A DNA stretch of 64,000 bases from Squalus acanthias (taxonomy: Eukaryota), in contig CM059432.1 in assembly GCA_030390025.1 (NCBI GenBank), forward strand, positions 144,958,001 to 145,022,000. Direction: 5' to 3'. A program made the translations under genes and the position numbers. Of this stretch, positions 49,597-61,702 are shown piece by piece; position 1 is the first letter of the stretch, and each line of letters starts with the position of its first letter. The notes beneath the pieces were generated by a model. It was given only the letters and a program-made list of their open reading frames with translations, did no database searches and was not told where the DNA came from.

Positions 49597-51127
49597 GTGA
49601 GAGCACAACTTTTAAAATAAGACCATGATTCATCTTCAATCATTAGCAGATCTCCCTTTCATTGGGTCCGTGTGTTTTTCCCTTACTGGTGTGCTGGGGT
49701 TGCAGGGTGCCTTTCTATGTCTGTGTACATTGCCTGTCTAATCTTCAGTGTGCTATTTCTTTTGGTGTCTTTACACACACAGAAACACCACATACTGTGA
49801 TTTAATATTCTGATTCGGACTGTTCCTGCAATGTATTTCAGTTGTTAGTCTGCAACAATTCATGACATTTCTTACACCGAGTGTTTTCCAGTGTCTCCCT
49901 GTCTTCAGATTGTTAGGACAGTTTTTGCGGAAAGTTTGAAAGTAACCGTCTGTTGAGTGTCCATGTTGCTCCCCATCGCCGGCGTGAGTTGGGCTCCATT
50001 GTGTGTCCTGATGCCCAACTCTGCCACTTCTGTTGACCAAAGAAGCTGTTGCTGTCTGGACTGCCTTTCTGAATTTAAGTCCTGCATGAGTCAAAATTCT
50101 GTTCAGCTGCTGTAAGCTAAAGTGAAGCTGTCTATTTCCGCTCTTGTAGAGCCTGCATTCTTTTGGCTCTGATTCCATCAGATTCCCTGAATGCCATTTT
50201 TAATTTAAATCGGGTAGGGTGCAACCTCGACACCCTTCCAACCCACAGTTACACCTTTTGATCCACTTTTGATCATTTAGCAAGACCACATTACGTGTTT
50301 ACATCTGTACTTCTCCCCAATCTTGAGACAAAGGCCCAATGCCTTCAGTGCCTAGAGGATTGATTTCTCCCATGTTCTCCTCCTTGGTTTCTCAGTCCCC
50401 ACCGTGCACAGATTGTGGCTAATGCACAAATCCTCACACATCTATCACTGTCGCCCTTGCCGAGCTAAACTGGTTCCTGTGCCCAATGAATTGACTTCAG
50501 GATTCATATCCTCACTTTTAAATCCTTTCATAGATTCACCCCATTCTAGTTCAGTGATTTTTCTCCAACCTCTCCCGACCCTGCCCTCCTCTGGCTCTGG
50601 ATTATTGCTTATCCCCCGCGCTCTCTCTCTCTCTCACTGTATCATCGAAACACAATCCTTCAGCCACTGTGCCCTTGCCTTCTGAAATTCTTTTCCTGAG
50701 TCACTTCACTTTACTACCTCGGTGTCATCCTTCAAAAGCCTTCTTAAAAACCCCTCACTTTGATCATTCATTTAGTGTCTCCTGCCTCCCCGCCCCCAAA
50801 TTATTTCCTTTGGTGTCAGTCTCACCACCTTGTTAAATTTTCCGAGATGTCCTTTAACGTGAGGAGCTTTATATACTTAAAATAGAACAAAATAGAATAA
50901 TAATTATGAGGCTATTTTAATTCTAACTCTTGATTTTGTGGTTTGAGTCATGACGAACCCTAAATATAAGTGGTAGGAGATTGTGTAACGATGCATGTCT
51001 GGTAAGGATTGTTGTTGTATTTCAATTGTGTTTGTCGTAGGATCAGGAGGAGGCCATTCAGCCCCTTGAACTTGTTCTGCCATTCACTTAGATCATGGCT
51101 GATCTGTGCCTCAACTCTACCTGCCTT

Positions 51128-51627
51128 NNNNNNNNNNNNNNNNNNNNNNNNNNNNNNNNNNNNNNNNNNNNNNNNNNNNNNNNNNNNNNNNNNNNNNNNN
51201 NNNNNNNNNNNNNNNNNNNNNNNNNNNNNNNNNNNNNNNNNNNNNNNNNNNNNNNNNNNNNNNNNNNNNNNNNNNNNNNNNNNNNNNNNNNNNNNNNNNN
51301 NNNNNNNNNNNNNNNNNNNNNNNNNNNNNNNNNNNNNNNNNNNNNNNNNNNNNNNNNNNNNNNNNNNNNNNNNNNNNNNNNNNNNNNNNNNNNNNNNNNN
51401 NNNNNNNNNNNNNNNNNNNNNNNNNNNNNNNNNNNNNNNNNNNNNNNNNNNNNNNNNNNNNNNNNNNNNNNNNNNNNNNNNNNNNNNNNNNNNNNNNNNN
51501 NNNNNNNNNNNNNNNNNNNNNNNNNNNNNNNNNNNNNNNNNNNNNNNNNNNNNNNNNNNNNNNNNNNNNNNNNNNNNNNNNNNNNNNNNNNNNNNNNNNN
51601 NNNNNNNNNNNNNNNNNNNNNNNNNNN
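51128..51627. other. Assembly gap (exactly 500 N)
   Basis: N run flanked by a CR1 tail and a poly-C tract. Confidence 1.
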
Positions 51628-51728
51628 CCCCCCCCCCCAACCCTCCCTTTACTTCTAGGAAACTGTCTATTTCTGGTTTTAAATTTATGTAATGATGTAG
51701 CTAAATGACAATGTGATTTAATTTTCAG

Positions 51729-51857
51729 ATCATTACGCTGAGGTTCTGCAGTGCAAAGTGAAATGTGAGCATGATTTAACTCCAGTCGTTGGTGGGTTTT
51801 TCGTGGAGAAGTTTGTTGCTACAATGTACCACTATTTGCAGTTCACTTATTATAAAC
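51729..51857 (+). CDS. CRTAP: CRTAP exon 4
   Basis: TTTTCAG|..[48 protein letters not shown]; 129 nt. Confidence 0.93.
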
Positions 51858-52186
51858 GTGAGTAAACGGCTGGTCAATCGGATTTGAGGAGTGGTGCTGG
51901 TTTAAAACAATTATATACACAGAGTTGGCTGCAAACGTCATACAAGTGACCAAGTACATCTCTGCTGATGTCCAGTTGCTTCTCTCAATTAAAGATGGAG
52001 TTCACAACGTGAGCTCCCAGGACACTGGCAGGACAGCGAGTTTCCGCTGAGCTTGTATCAGGGTATCTAACCGGCATCTGTAGATCCTGGTGTGGAACTG
52101 GATTTAATGTGGCCAATAAATCTGCAAGGGCGCGCTGGAGTTTGGCTAGCAGGATGCAGCACATCGGGAAGGCCCCTTCTTGGATA

Positions 52187-52657
52187 TCAACCGTGGCGCT
52201 CTGACCTCTGCCATAAGGTCGTGGGTTCAAGCCCACATAATCTAGGTTGACATTTCACTGTGCTACTGAGGGAGCACTGCACTGTCATAGGGGCAGTACT
52301 GAGGGAGCGCTGCACTGTTGGAGGGGCTGTACTGAGGGAGCACCGCACTGTTGGAGGGGCAGTACTGAGGGGACGTTGCACTGTCTGAGGGGCAGTACTG
52401 AGGGATAAATATTGGCCAGGACAATGGGGATAGCAGCCCCTGCTCTTCTTCAAATAGTGTCATGGGATCTTTTACATCCACCTGAGAGGGCAGATGGGGC
52501 CTCAATTTATCATCTTATCCGAAAGATAGCACCTCTGACAGTGTCGCACTCCCTTGGTACTGCACTGAAGTGTCAGCCTAGATGTTGTGCTCAAGTCTCT
52601 GGAGTGGGACTTCTGATTCTGAGGTGAGAATGCTACCACTGAACCATGGCTGACACT
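52187..52657. mobile_element. Two partial Deu-type SINEs fused in opposite orientation, with a short 33-bp array
   Basis: Plus-strand head and about 4 33-mers, then minus-strand core and head. Confidence 0.7.
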
Positions 52658-52948
52658 CGCAGCTGTACTGAGGAAGTTGGCTCAGGCGTGGAGACGGACC
52701 ACTGTGGCGAGGGGAGAGTTACCCATGTGAAAATGCACCCCAACAACGGGTCGGTAGTTTGAAGGGGGGAAAGGAAAGGGCAGGAAAATTGGCAATGAAA
52801 TATAATAATACGCCTTAAATAACCTCCTTATCTCCACACCTCTCAGCAGCTTGAGTCAGTCCCCTCCTTGTTCTTGTTCTTTGAGTCTCCTTTCCTTAGA
52901 GCCCTAATTTCTGGCATCAACCTTTTCCTCTTCAAACTCTCTCCATTA

Positions 52949-54443
52949 TGTTAAGCAGTCAACTTCCTTTCTCCTGTGGTTCTCAATAACACGTTTCGAG
53001 TAAGCACGAGACTTCATAATGGAGTATACGGAACAGACTTTATTGATGCACAGTAAAGGATATTCGGTTTCTGTATCTTTTGCGTACACTCTGACAAACT
53101 GTTGAAAACCATGCTCCTTTATACACCATATTTTGACTACATCAAAGGAGAATGTCATAGATAAGCCTGTATGACGTATCTATTTCCCAAATCCTTTGAA
53201 AATAGAATATCCATGTAAACAGTTTGCAATTGTCTACCTCACTTCCCCTACACGAGACTTCCTGATGTAACATTTGCTAGCATCTTTGAAGTAAAAGCTG
53301 TACCAACTGCTATCTGTAGCTAATGGATTCTTACTACCATGTTTATTACCCTTAAACGAAACCACTCATGGCTGACATCATTGCAAACACTTAGGGGTAA
53401 AAATTCACTTGGTTGCGCCTCCCGTTAGCGCCTTAAGAGGGCGCTAATGGGGTGCAAAGCCGCTAACGCCTGGGCGCAGCGATGTTTGCGCCGCTCGAGA
53501 ACTTAACTTGAGATTGTGCGGCGGCGCTAAAACTTACCGCTGCGACCACCTGCGCGCGCAGATTGTGACGTCATTCCATGGTGCAACGCCCTTGTGGCGC
53601 CCCGTAGCGGAAATTGAGTGGCGCCCCCTGCCTTACCGCCTGGCGCTTCCAACGACCAGAAGACTGGAACGCTATCAATCGCTGTGGGGCTGGGGGGGGC
53701 GCTATTTAAAGGGGGCCTCTTCCTGTCTTTTATTGTTGGTGGCATTTTTGAACTACGCATTCTGAGAGAGAGAGGGAGAGACTTCTGGAGAGATTCAACG
53801 TTGTGTGAAGGAGTTTTGGGTACTGAGCAGCACTTTGCAGGTTCATTTTGATTTGCCATTCCTTGTATCGATTTAGCAGAGACTGTGGGAGCTGCACTCT
53901 GAGCTCTTTGCCTGGTACGCTCCATTGTTCTTTCCAGCACATTTGATGTGCAAGTCTCTCCAGGCCGAGATTCAAGGCAGCAATGAACAGGATGTGGATG
54001 GAAAGCAAGATTAACCATCCCCTTTAAGAACTGGCCCGTGCCATTGTGTGTGTGTTCCATTGCTGACTGACATTACATGAGCTTCGCCAGCGCTCCGAGT
54101 TAGCGCCTCACTGCTCGGCCTTTGCGCCTTAAGAGAGGTGTGCAGCGCCTGCTTTAGCGCTCCACTCACCTCCCGGGGCGGTAAAAGTGAAGTTTCCTGT
54201 CAGTACCGATAATTAGCGCCAGGCGCTAATATTTGCGTCCGGACGATATTTGCGCCCCAAATGGGGCGCGACCTAATTTCTACCCCTTATTCCCTTACAC
54301 AAGCACTTTACATCTCAGAAAACAAGCAATGCATTTGCTTTTACCACACTTCAAATTCATCCTGTTTATATCTTGGAAAGCCTGTTAATCCAAGATACAA
54401 AGAAATTCGACTGTTAACCCTTAACTCCCCAAGATGTCCAACA
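52949..54443 (-). mobile_element. Putative solo LTR (copy 2), split by a Harbinger-like element
   Basis: Colinear with 8403-8963 on both sides of the insertion; TG..CA ends; flanks CATTA / CATTT. Confidence 0.5.
53394..54286. mobile_element. Non-autonomous PIF/Harbinger-like element A
   Basis: TIR GGGGTAAAAATT / AATTTCTACCCC, TTA TSD; the homologous empty site near 8815 has a single TTA. Confidence 0.8.
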
Positions 54444-54879
54444 CATTTCAGGGTAGGGTCCATTTAGTGAAAATGGTCTGTTTGCTCTTTGTAACCAGAT
54501 GTTGTATTTAATTAACCTTTATCTTCAGATTCCTTGATGATCTATGATTTAAACGCATACACTGAACATTTACGTCGGGTTGAAATTCCTCATTGAGTGA
54601 ATTTCTTTGTGAAAATGAACAGCAGCAAGAGATCCTCTGATACTAAAAGCCTTGGAGAGAGTTTCCCTCACTGGTCAATCTGAGTTTGTTGCTAATAGAC
54701 ATTCGGGGAGACGTTGAGTGTTCAGACCAGTATAAGTCTACAGACTTTTCAGATACATTGGGGTAAAGCAGATTTATTTTACAAAATGGATTCATGATTA
54801 ACCGTGTTTCTCTCCACATTGCCTGGGTCCTTTTGTTCACACTTACCACAAATCAAAGTGATTATTGTGCAGAATGCAC

Positions 54880-55078
54880 TGCACTGCCTGAAAGGGCGGT
54901 GGAAGCAGATTCAGTAATAACTTTCAAAAGGGAATAGGATATATAATTGAAGGGGAAAGTTTTGCAGGGCTATGGGGAAAGAGCACGGGGGAGTGGGACT
55001 AATTGGATAGCTCTTTCAAAGAGCTGGCACAGGCACGATGGGCCAAATGGCCCCCTTCTGTGCTATGTCATTCTATGA
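54880..55078 (+). mobile_element. CR1 3' tail
   Basis: Same tail as 32590. Confidence 0.8.
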
Positions 55079-55130
55079 ATACAAGTTTCCTGTAACTCTA
55101 GGACTCGTAGTCATGATTGAAAAAGATGAA

Positions 55131-55596
55131 GGGGGAAAAATTCAGTATCGCCCCGTTTGGGGCGCAATGATTAGCGCCTGACGCTAATTATCGCCTCCGA
55201 CTGCAAACTTGACTTTTATCGCCCCTGGAGGTGATTGGAGCGCTAAATCAGGCGCTACACATCTGTCTTAAGGCGCTAACTCAGAGCGCTGGCGAAGCTC
55301 AGGTTATGTCAGTCAGCAATGGAACACAGACACAATCGCCCCGGCTAGTTCTTAAAGGGGAGGGTTGATCTTGCTTTCCATCCACATCCTGCTCATTGCA
55401 GCCTTGAATCTCGGCCTGGAGAGACCTGTACATCAAATCTGCTGGAACGAACAATGGAGAGGCCCAGGGAAAGAGCTCAGAGTGCAGCCCCCACAGTCTC
55501 TTCTAATTCGATACAAGGAAGGGCAAATCAAAATGAACCTGCAAAGTGCTGCTCAGTACTCAAAACTCCTTCACACAGCATTGAATCTCTCCAGAA

Positions 55597-55647
<51 letters not shown>

Positions 55648-56015
55648 AATGCGTGGTTCAAAAATGTCGCCAACAGAAAAAGGCAGGAAGTGGTCGCCTT
55701 TAAATAGCACTCCCCCAGTCCCTTCCTGACTGCAAAACGCTCCCCTCAACCTGTCGTTGCTAGCGGCAGGCGGTAAGGCAGGGGGTGCCACTCAATATCC
55801 GCTCCGCGGCGCTACCGGGGCGTTACGCACTCGACTGACGTCACGATCTGCCGGCGCAGAAGATCGTGGCGGTACTGTTTAGCGCCGCCGCAAAATGTCT
55901 AGTTAATTTCGCGAGCGACGCAAACATCGCCGCGCCTGGGCGCTAGTTGCTTTGCGCCCCATTAGCGCCCTCTTAAGGCGCTATCGGGAGGCGCAACCAA
56001 CTGAATTTTTCCCCC
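55131..56015. mobile_element. Non-autonomous PIF/Harbinger-like element B (inverted relative of A)
   Basis: 16-bp TIR GGGGGAAAAATTCAGT / ACTGAATTTTTCCCCC; body is a diverged reverse complement of 53394-54286; internal (CT)n. Confidence 0.8.
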
Positions 56016-56327
56016 AAAGACTCATTTTTCTATAGTTCCTTTATCTTAAATGTCTCTGAGCACCTCACGTACAATTAATTACTTTGGAACAGTGAGGGTA
56101 AATCATGTCTTGCAATGGCGTAAACCAGGTGATAGCAAATCAGCTGCCCGTTTTACATCTCTCCCAATAGACTTCAATTGAAATAAAAATGGAGAACGAT
56201 GTAGAATGGGCTGCCGACTCGCTATCGACACTGTGTGTAACACCGGGTGTGACATGATGTAACATTGAGCCCCTGCACTATGTAAATCTAATGCCACTGC
56301 CTTAACTGTGACCTGTGTGTTTTGCAG

Positions 56328-56473
56328 TCAACAACATGAAGAATGCAGCCCCTTGTGTAGCGACCTACCTGCTGTTTGATCCTGAGGATTCGGTGATGAA
56401 ACAGAATTTGGTGTATTACCAATACCATAAGGACAAGTGGGGCCTGACCGAGGAAGATTTCCTGCCCAGACCA
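56328..56473 (+). CDS. CRTAP: CRTAP exon 5
   Basis: 146 nt: [50 protein letters not shown]. Confidence 0.93.
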
Positions 56474-56599
56474 GTACGTTAACAGCTGTGAAAACACGTG
56501 CAGATAACCTGAGCTTGATTGGAGGGGAGGGGAGTCATTGGAGAGAAAAGAATATAGAATGATGTTGTTTCATATCAGTAATTTATTTGTCAGAATACA

Positions 56600-57430
56600 A
56601 AAATGTCAGACAGAAAATGATCCACTGGTCCATCCAGCCTATCTCATGCAACTGTGATGTCTTGAGCATCACACTATTTACACTTCCCTCCCCACCTGGA
56701 AGCAATATAATCCCCTTTTGAGAGGTGAAAAAAAGCAGATAACGACTCAGGCCGATTAGGGGGGAAATAAATCTGGAAAATTCCTCTCTGACCCCCCCCT
56801 TAGGTGATCAAAACTAGTCCAGGAGATGACATTGGCCGTGATTAATGTTACACAGCACCTACCTCCTGTACGGGGCGATCTCCGCCCCAGCCAGAAACAG
56901 GTCCAGCTCTCGCTTGAAGGAATTCAGCGAATCGCCGTTCACCGCACGAGGCGGTAGCCTGTTCCAGAGGCCTACTATTCTCTGGGAAAAGATCCACCTC
57001 CTTTAAAAATCTAACCTAGTTCTGGGCTTGCATAACTTGAGATTGTGATCCCTGGACCTCCCTACTCATTGGATAAGGTGCACGTTGAAACAAAACTGTC
57101 TACACAAACATAATCTATTCCCTTCATCATCTAATAAACATAGAAACATAGAAACAGCGATCAAATCGCCGCTAACTCTACGCTTCTCTAAAGTGTAGTG
57201 TTCCAGCTCTTGTAGCCTATTTTGCCAACTAAGATGCTTCAAACTGGGAATCAATCTTGTGTCCCTCCTTGCGCACCTTTTCCAAAGCCTCAATATCGCC
57301 CACCATGTGCGGAGACCATTCTAACTGAGGCCTAATCAAGGTCTGGTAAAAAGACAATATAGTATGCTTTGTCTTAAAGTGAATTGTCCTGTGAATACAC
57401 CCCAACACCCTATTTTCATCCCAACGCCCT
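56600..57430 (-). mobile_element. CR1-type LINE 3' fragment (different subfamily)
   Basis: NRVLGCIHR..YQTLIRPQLE..DIEALEKV; TLEKRRVSGDLI. Confidence 0.7.
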
Positions 57431-57879
57431 ATAACAGTATTAGTCAGAATCTCGTCCGTGTGCTGTGTGGGGCAATGAGGCACATATTTAAATTGATCTG
57501 CAAAAAAATTAACTTATTTTTAAGTGGATGGGGATTTCTTTTTAAAATAAAAGGAAGCTTCTGGTATTTTGTAAAGTATGTTTGAAAGTGTCTCGTAGCA
57601 GTTGAAATATTTCTGTTCCCGTGTACTACTGCAGAGAGCAGTCAGTGGGCACACAACACACGAGTGACTGTGTAACGTGTGTATTTACATAAACGTAGCA
57701 AAACCGGATAGTGGATGGTAGCGAGGGAGCATGGTTGATAAAGGAATGACGGGGACAGAGTCTGGGAGGGAGATGGTGGTGGGGGGGTGGGGAGAAAGAT
57801 GGGTAGCGAGGGATAAGCAAGAGGGAGAAGGGGAGAAAAGAACAGTAAAATGCATGTTGTATCAGAAATCATCTCGAGT

Positions 57880-59150
57880 TCGCCCCACAGTGGGTTTTTG
57901 CGAATGTGATGGATTTTTCACAGGTCAATTGAGTAACCAGCAGGGTAGATAAAGGGGGACCAGTGGATGTAGTATATTTGGACTTCCAAAAGGCATTCGA
58001 TAAGGTGCCACATAAAAGGTTGCTACGCAAGATAAGGGCTCATGGGGTTGGGGGTAATATATTAGCATGGATTGAGGATTGGTTGATGGACAGAAAGCAG
58101 AGAGTAGGGATAAACGGGTAATTTTTCGGTTGGCAGGCTGTATCTAGTGGGGTGCCGTAAGGATCAGTGCTTGGGCCTCTGCTATTCCCAATCTATATTA
58201 ATGATTTAGATGAAGGGACCGAGTGCAATGTATCCAAGTTTGCTGAGGATACAAAGCTAGGTGGGAAAGTAAACTGCGAGGACACAAAGAGCCTACAAAG
58301 GGATATAGATAGACTAAGTGAGTGGGCAATAAGCTGGCAGATGGAGTATATTTTGGGGAAATGTGAGGTTATTCACTTTGGTAGGAAGAATAGAAAAACA
58401 GAATCTTTTTAAAATGGTGAGCAACTATTAAATATTGGAGTTCAGAGAGATTTAGGTGTCCTTGTACAGGAAATACAGAAAGTTAGCATGCAAAACCGTT
58501 AGGAAGGCAAATGGCATGTTGGCCTTTGTTGCAAGAGGGTTGGAGTACAAGAGCAAGGAAGTCATACTACAATTGTACAGTGCTTTGGTGAGACCACACC
58601 TGGAGTACTGTGCACAGTTTTGGTCTCCTTATCTAAGGAAGGATATACTTGCCTTGGAGGCGGTGCAACGAAGGTTCACTAGATTGATTCCTGGGATGAG
58701 AGGGCTGTCCGATGATGAGAGATTGAATAGATTGGGCCTATATTCTCTGGAGTTTAGAAGAATGAGAGGTGATCTCATTGAAACATATAAGATTCTGAGG
58801 GGGATTGACAGGGTAGATACTGAGAGATTGTTTCCCCTGGCTGGAGAGTCTAGAACTAGGGGGCACAGTCTCAGCATAAAGGGACGGCCATTTAAGACTG
58901 AGATGAGGAGGAATTTCCTCACTCTGAGCGTTGTGAACCTTTGAAATTCTCTACCCCAGAGGGCTGTGGATGCTGAGTCTTTGAGTATATTCAAGGCTGA
59001 GATAGATCGATTTTTGGACTCTAGGAGAATCAAGGGATATGGAGATTGGGTGGGAAAGTGGAGTTGAGGTCAATTATCAGCCATGATCTTAGTGACTGTC
59101 TGAGTAGGCTCGAGGGCCGTATGGCCTACTCCTCCTAATTCTTATGTTCA
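57880..59150 (+). mobile_element. CR1 LINE 3' part
   Basis: YLDFQKAFDKVPH, LGPLLFPIYINDL, RPHLEYCAQFWSP. Confidence 0.9.
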
Positions 59151-59406
59151 GTGACCTCTTGTACCTCCTCGAATAAAGGGATATTGTAGTATGCTCGGAG
59201 GCCTAGAAAAGATCAAATGGTTGTAATTATATAATGCCTCATCACATCATCAAAACTTCTCAAAGCACTCCATGCAATGAATTACTCTTGAGGTGCAGTG
59301 ACTGCTGTTATGTAGGCCAGATTGATGAGCGCACAGTAGTTTAATCACTGAACAAGGGTGTCAAATGTTGGTGTAAAAGTTCTCTGATTCCGCTGTTAAT
59401 TTGCAG

Positions 59407-59490
59407 GAGGCCTTGCGATATTACAACCAGACCAACTTTCAGCTGCAGATGTACGAATTCGCCAAACAACATCTACAAGCCGATGACGAG
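59407..59490 (+). CDS. CRTAP: CRTAP exon 6
   Basis: TTTGCAG|EALRYYNQTNFQLQMYEFAKQHLQADDE|GTAAGT; 84 nt, phase 0. Confidence 0.9.
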
Positions 59491-59699
59491 GTAAGTAGCA
59501 GACGCCCTGTGATTTAAACCATCGCGGCAATTATTGGCCATTGATCAATTTGAAGAGGCTATGACGGGAAACAAATGTGTGGATTAGATGCGGCGTCACG
59601 TTGAATGAAGCTGAGCGGATTTTCCCTTTGATTTGGGTTTGGGCATAAAGGAGCATCTGGGCAGGAAGGGAAATCCGAGGATACCGCAATGGGCACACG

Positions 59700-59735
<36 letters not shown>

Positions 59736-61126
59736 ACCCTCCGATTTTCCTCCATGCGCGATCCTTTCCAGCTGCGCTCCGTGAGAGCAATGTCTGCCCG
59801 CCATCTCCTGCAGGTCCCTGTGCAGGGAATTGCACGGCGCAGCACCACCAGGACTTGCGGCATTCCTGTTCATCAATAAAATCGAAGTTAGAGCAACTTG
59901 TTTATGTGTAATGGGCGATGCCCACTGTATGTGCTTGGGTGGCAGAATTGTACCCCAGCTTACTGTGCCAGCGTGCGTTCACAGTTGAGAGTTCCTGCCC
60001 GTTGGCTGCGCTGTTTTTGCGGGAAGGGGGAGAGCAGCACTTTGGTGCTTTCTCACCGAGGGGAATGTGCAAGATTCTCTGTCCCTGTTCATTCGCTTCC
60101 TGCTGTTCGCTCGCTTCCTGCTGCCTGGTCACAGGAGTGCACTTTGCACACTCTGTGGAAGTAGGTCTGTAACCGCGAATGGAATCGAATAGGAAGAACA
60201 TACAAAAAATGGGCCTGGTTTATCCAGGTAGACTTTATTTTACACTGTGGTGCAAGATATAGATGACTTGCTAAAGGTGACTCAATGCTGATGAGGTTAT
60301 TTACATGATCCCAGAGACCGATCACAGAACCTGTACTTCAATATGCTAAGTTCTTTTCTCCCAACATTAGCACCCCAGTAAAACTGTCGACATATTATTT
60401 ATAATTTTATTATTCTGCATGTTTTGCAATCTTCTCTCAAACAGTCCTGTGGGAAATTAATCATTTTTGTGAGCAGTTTGCATGGATTCAGGTAATACAG
60501 AATTCTGGCAAACTCCAGCAGGTCATTAGCACAACATCACCACCAGGTGGTGGCAGAGACTGTACTTTGGGGAAAGTCTTGGAGTGAGACAGCAGGCAGC
60601 TTTCAAACAACATTCCCTCATTTGTTTGTGTTGCTTCCATCTTGAAAGCGCTGCTTGGAGAAATGATTGAGCCTGACACTTAATTCTGAAGAAAAGATTT
60701 GTGTGTTTGAAGCTGTATTTAAACCAGGTTCTACAGTGCAGGTTAATGAGGACCTGACAAGGGAGTGCTTTTGTTAACTTCAGTCCCCACTGAGGCACCT
60801 TGTTACCTTCACTTTAGTACCTTGTGTGTGTCAGTGTGTAACTGTTCTGTGTGTAAGTGCTGTGTATGTTACATAGAATTGGAACGGACAAGCCCTAACT
60901 TTTTTTCTGGCTAGTTTTGTGGGTATCTAATCGCATAAGTACCGTAACTTCACGCCGTTCCATGTGATTCAATGGCAAGTCTCTCGGCGAGATACTGTTC
61001 TCGCACAGCTTCTGGAGGAGCAGGACAACTCGGCAGCAACTTACGGGTGTCCGCGGTTAACTGCACATGTGCGGTCGCTGGAAGCTGCTGTCTGATTTAC
61101 ACTTTAATAAAAGTGAACGCTGTTAG

Positions 61127-61482
61127 CATAGAAACATAGAAGATAGGAGCAGGAGTAGGCCATTCTTCCCCTCGAGCCTGTTCCGCCATTTAATGAGATC
61201 ATGGCTGATCATCCAAATTCAGTACCCTGTCCCTGCTTTCTCCCCATATCCCTTGATCCCTTTAGCCTTAAGAAATATATCTAACTCCTTCTTAAATATA
61301 TTTAATGAATTGGCCTCAACTGCCTTCTGTGGTAGAGAATTCCACAGGTTCACCACTCTCTGGGTGAAGAAATTCCTCCTCATCTCAGTCCTAAATGGCT
61401 TACCCCTTATCCTTAGACTGTGACCTCTGGTTCTGGACTCCCCCGCCATCGGGAGCATCCTTCCTGCATCTAGTCTGTCTAG
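61127..61482 (-). mobile_element. CR1 3' fragment
   Basis: ESRTRGHSLRIRGKPFRTEMRRNFFTQRVVNLWNSLP. Confidence 0.9.
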
Positions 61483-61522
61483 CCTCACCATTTATTTCTG
61501 CCGCAAAACCCGGCCCATAATT

Positions 61523-61702
61523 GGTGAACCAGTTGGGTTTTTACAACAATCTGACTGCTTCATGCTCACTTTTTACTGATTTTTTTTATCACCCAGATTT
61601 TGTTTTAAACTAAATTCAAATTCTCTGGTGAGGGGGTGAACTCACCTTCCCTAGTCCAGGTCTCTGGATTACTTGGCCAGGACCCTGACCACTACACCAC
61701 CG
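61523..61702 (-). mobile_element. tRNA-derived SINE-like head related to 19080-19290
   Basis: GGTGTAGTGG A-box, AGTAATCCAGAG, GATTGTTGTAAAAACCCAACTGGTTCAC shared with the LINE head. Confidence 0.6.

Noticed and set aside
50960..51708. ORFs spanning the N run
   Set aside because: Artefacts of the assembly gap
53527..55791. ORFs shared by the two Harbinger-like elements as a transposase or captured gene
   Set aside because: No DDE or Myb motif recognisable; frames are not conserved between copies and run through a microsatellite
23707..59490. Calling the pair FKBP10 / P3H4 (the well-known head-to-head pair)
   Set aside because: Diagnostic residues fit the paralogues: HDEL and GKLAPGF (FKBP9), [20 protein letters not shown] and [11 protein letters not shown] (CRTAP), ILQKIL* (NT5C3A). 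A few P3H4-like residues in exons 5-6 are probably ancestral.
59701..59735. Long poly-C tract (and poly-G at 36797-36823) as functional elements
   Set aside because: Simple homopolymers whose length is unreliable; the associated Gly/Pro-rich ORFs are spurious
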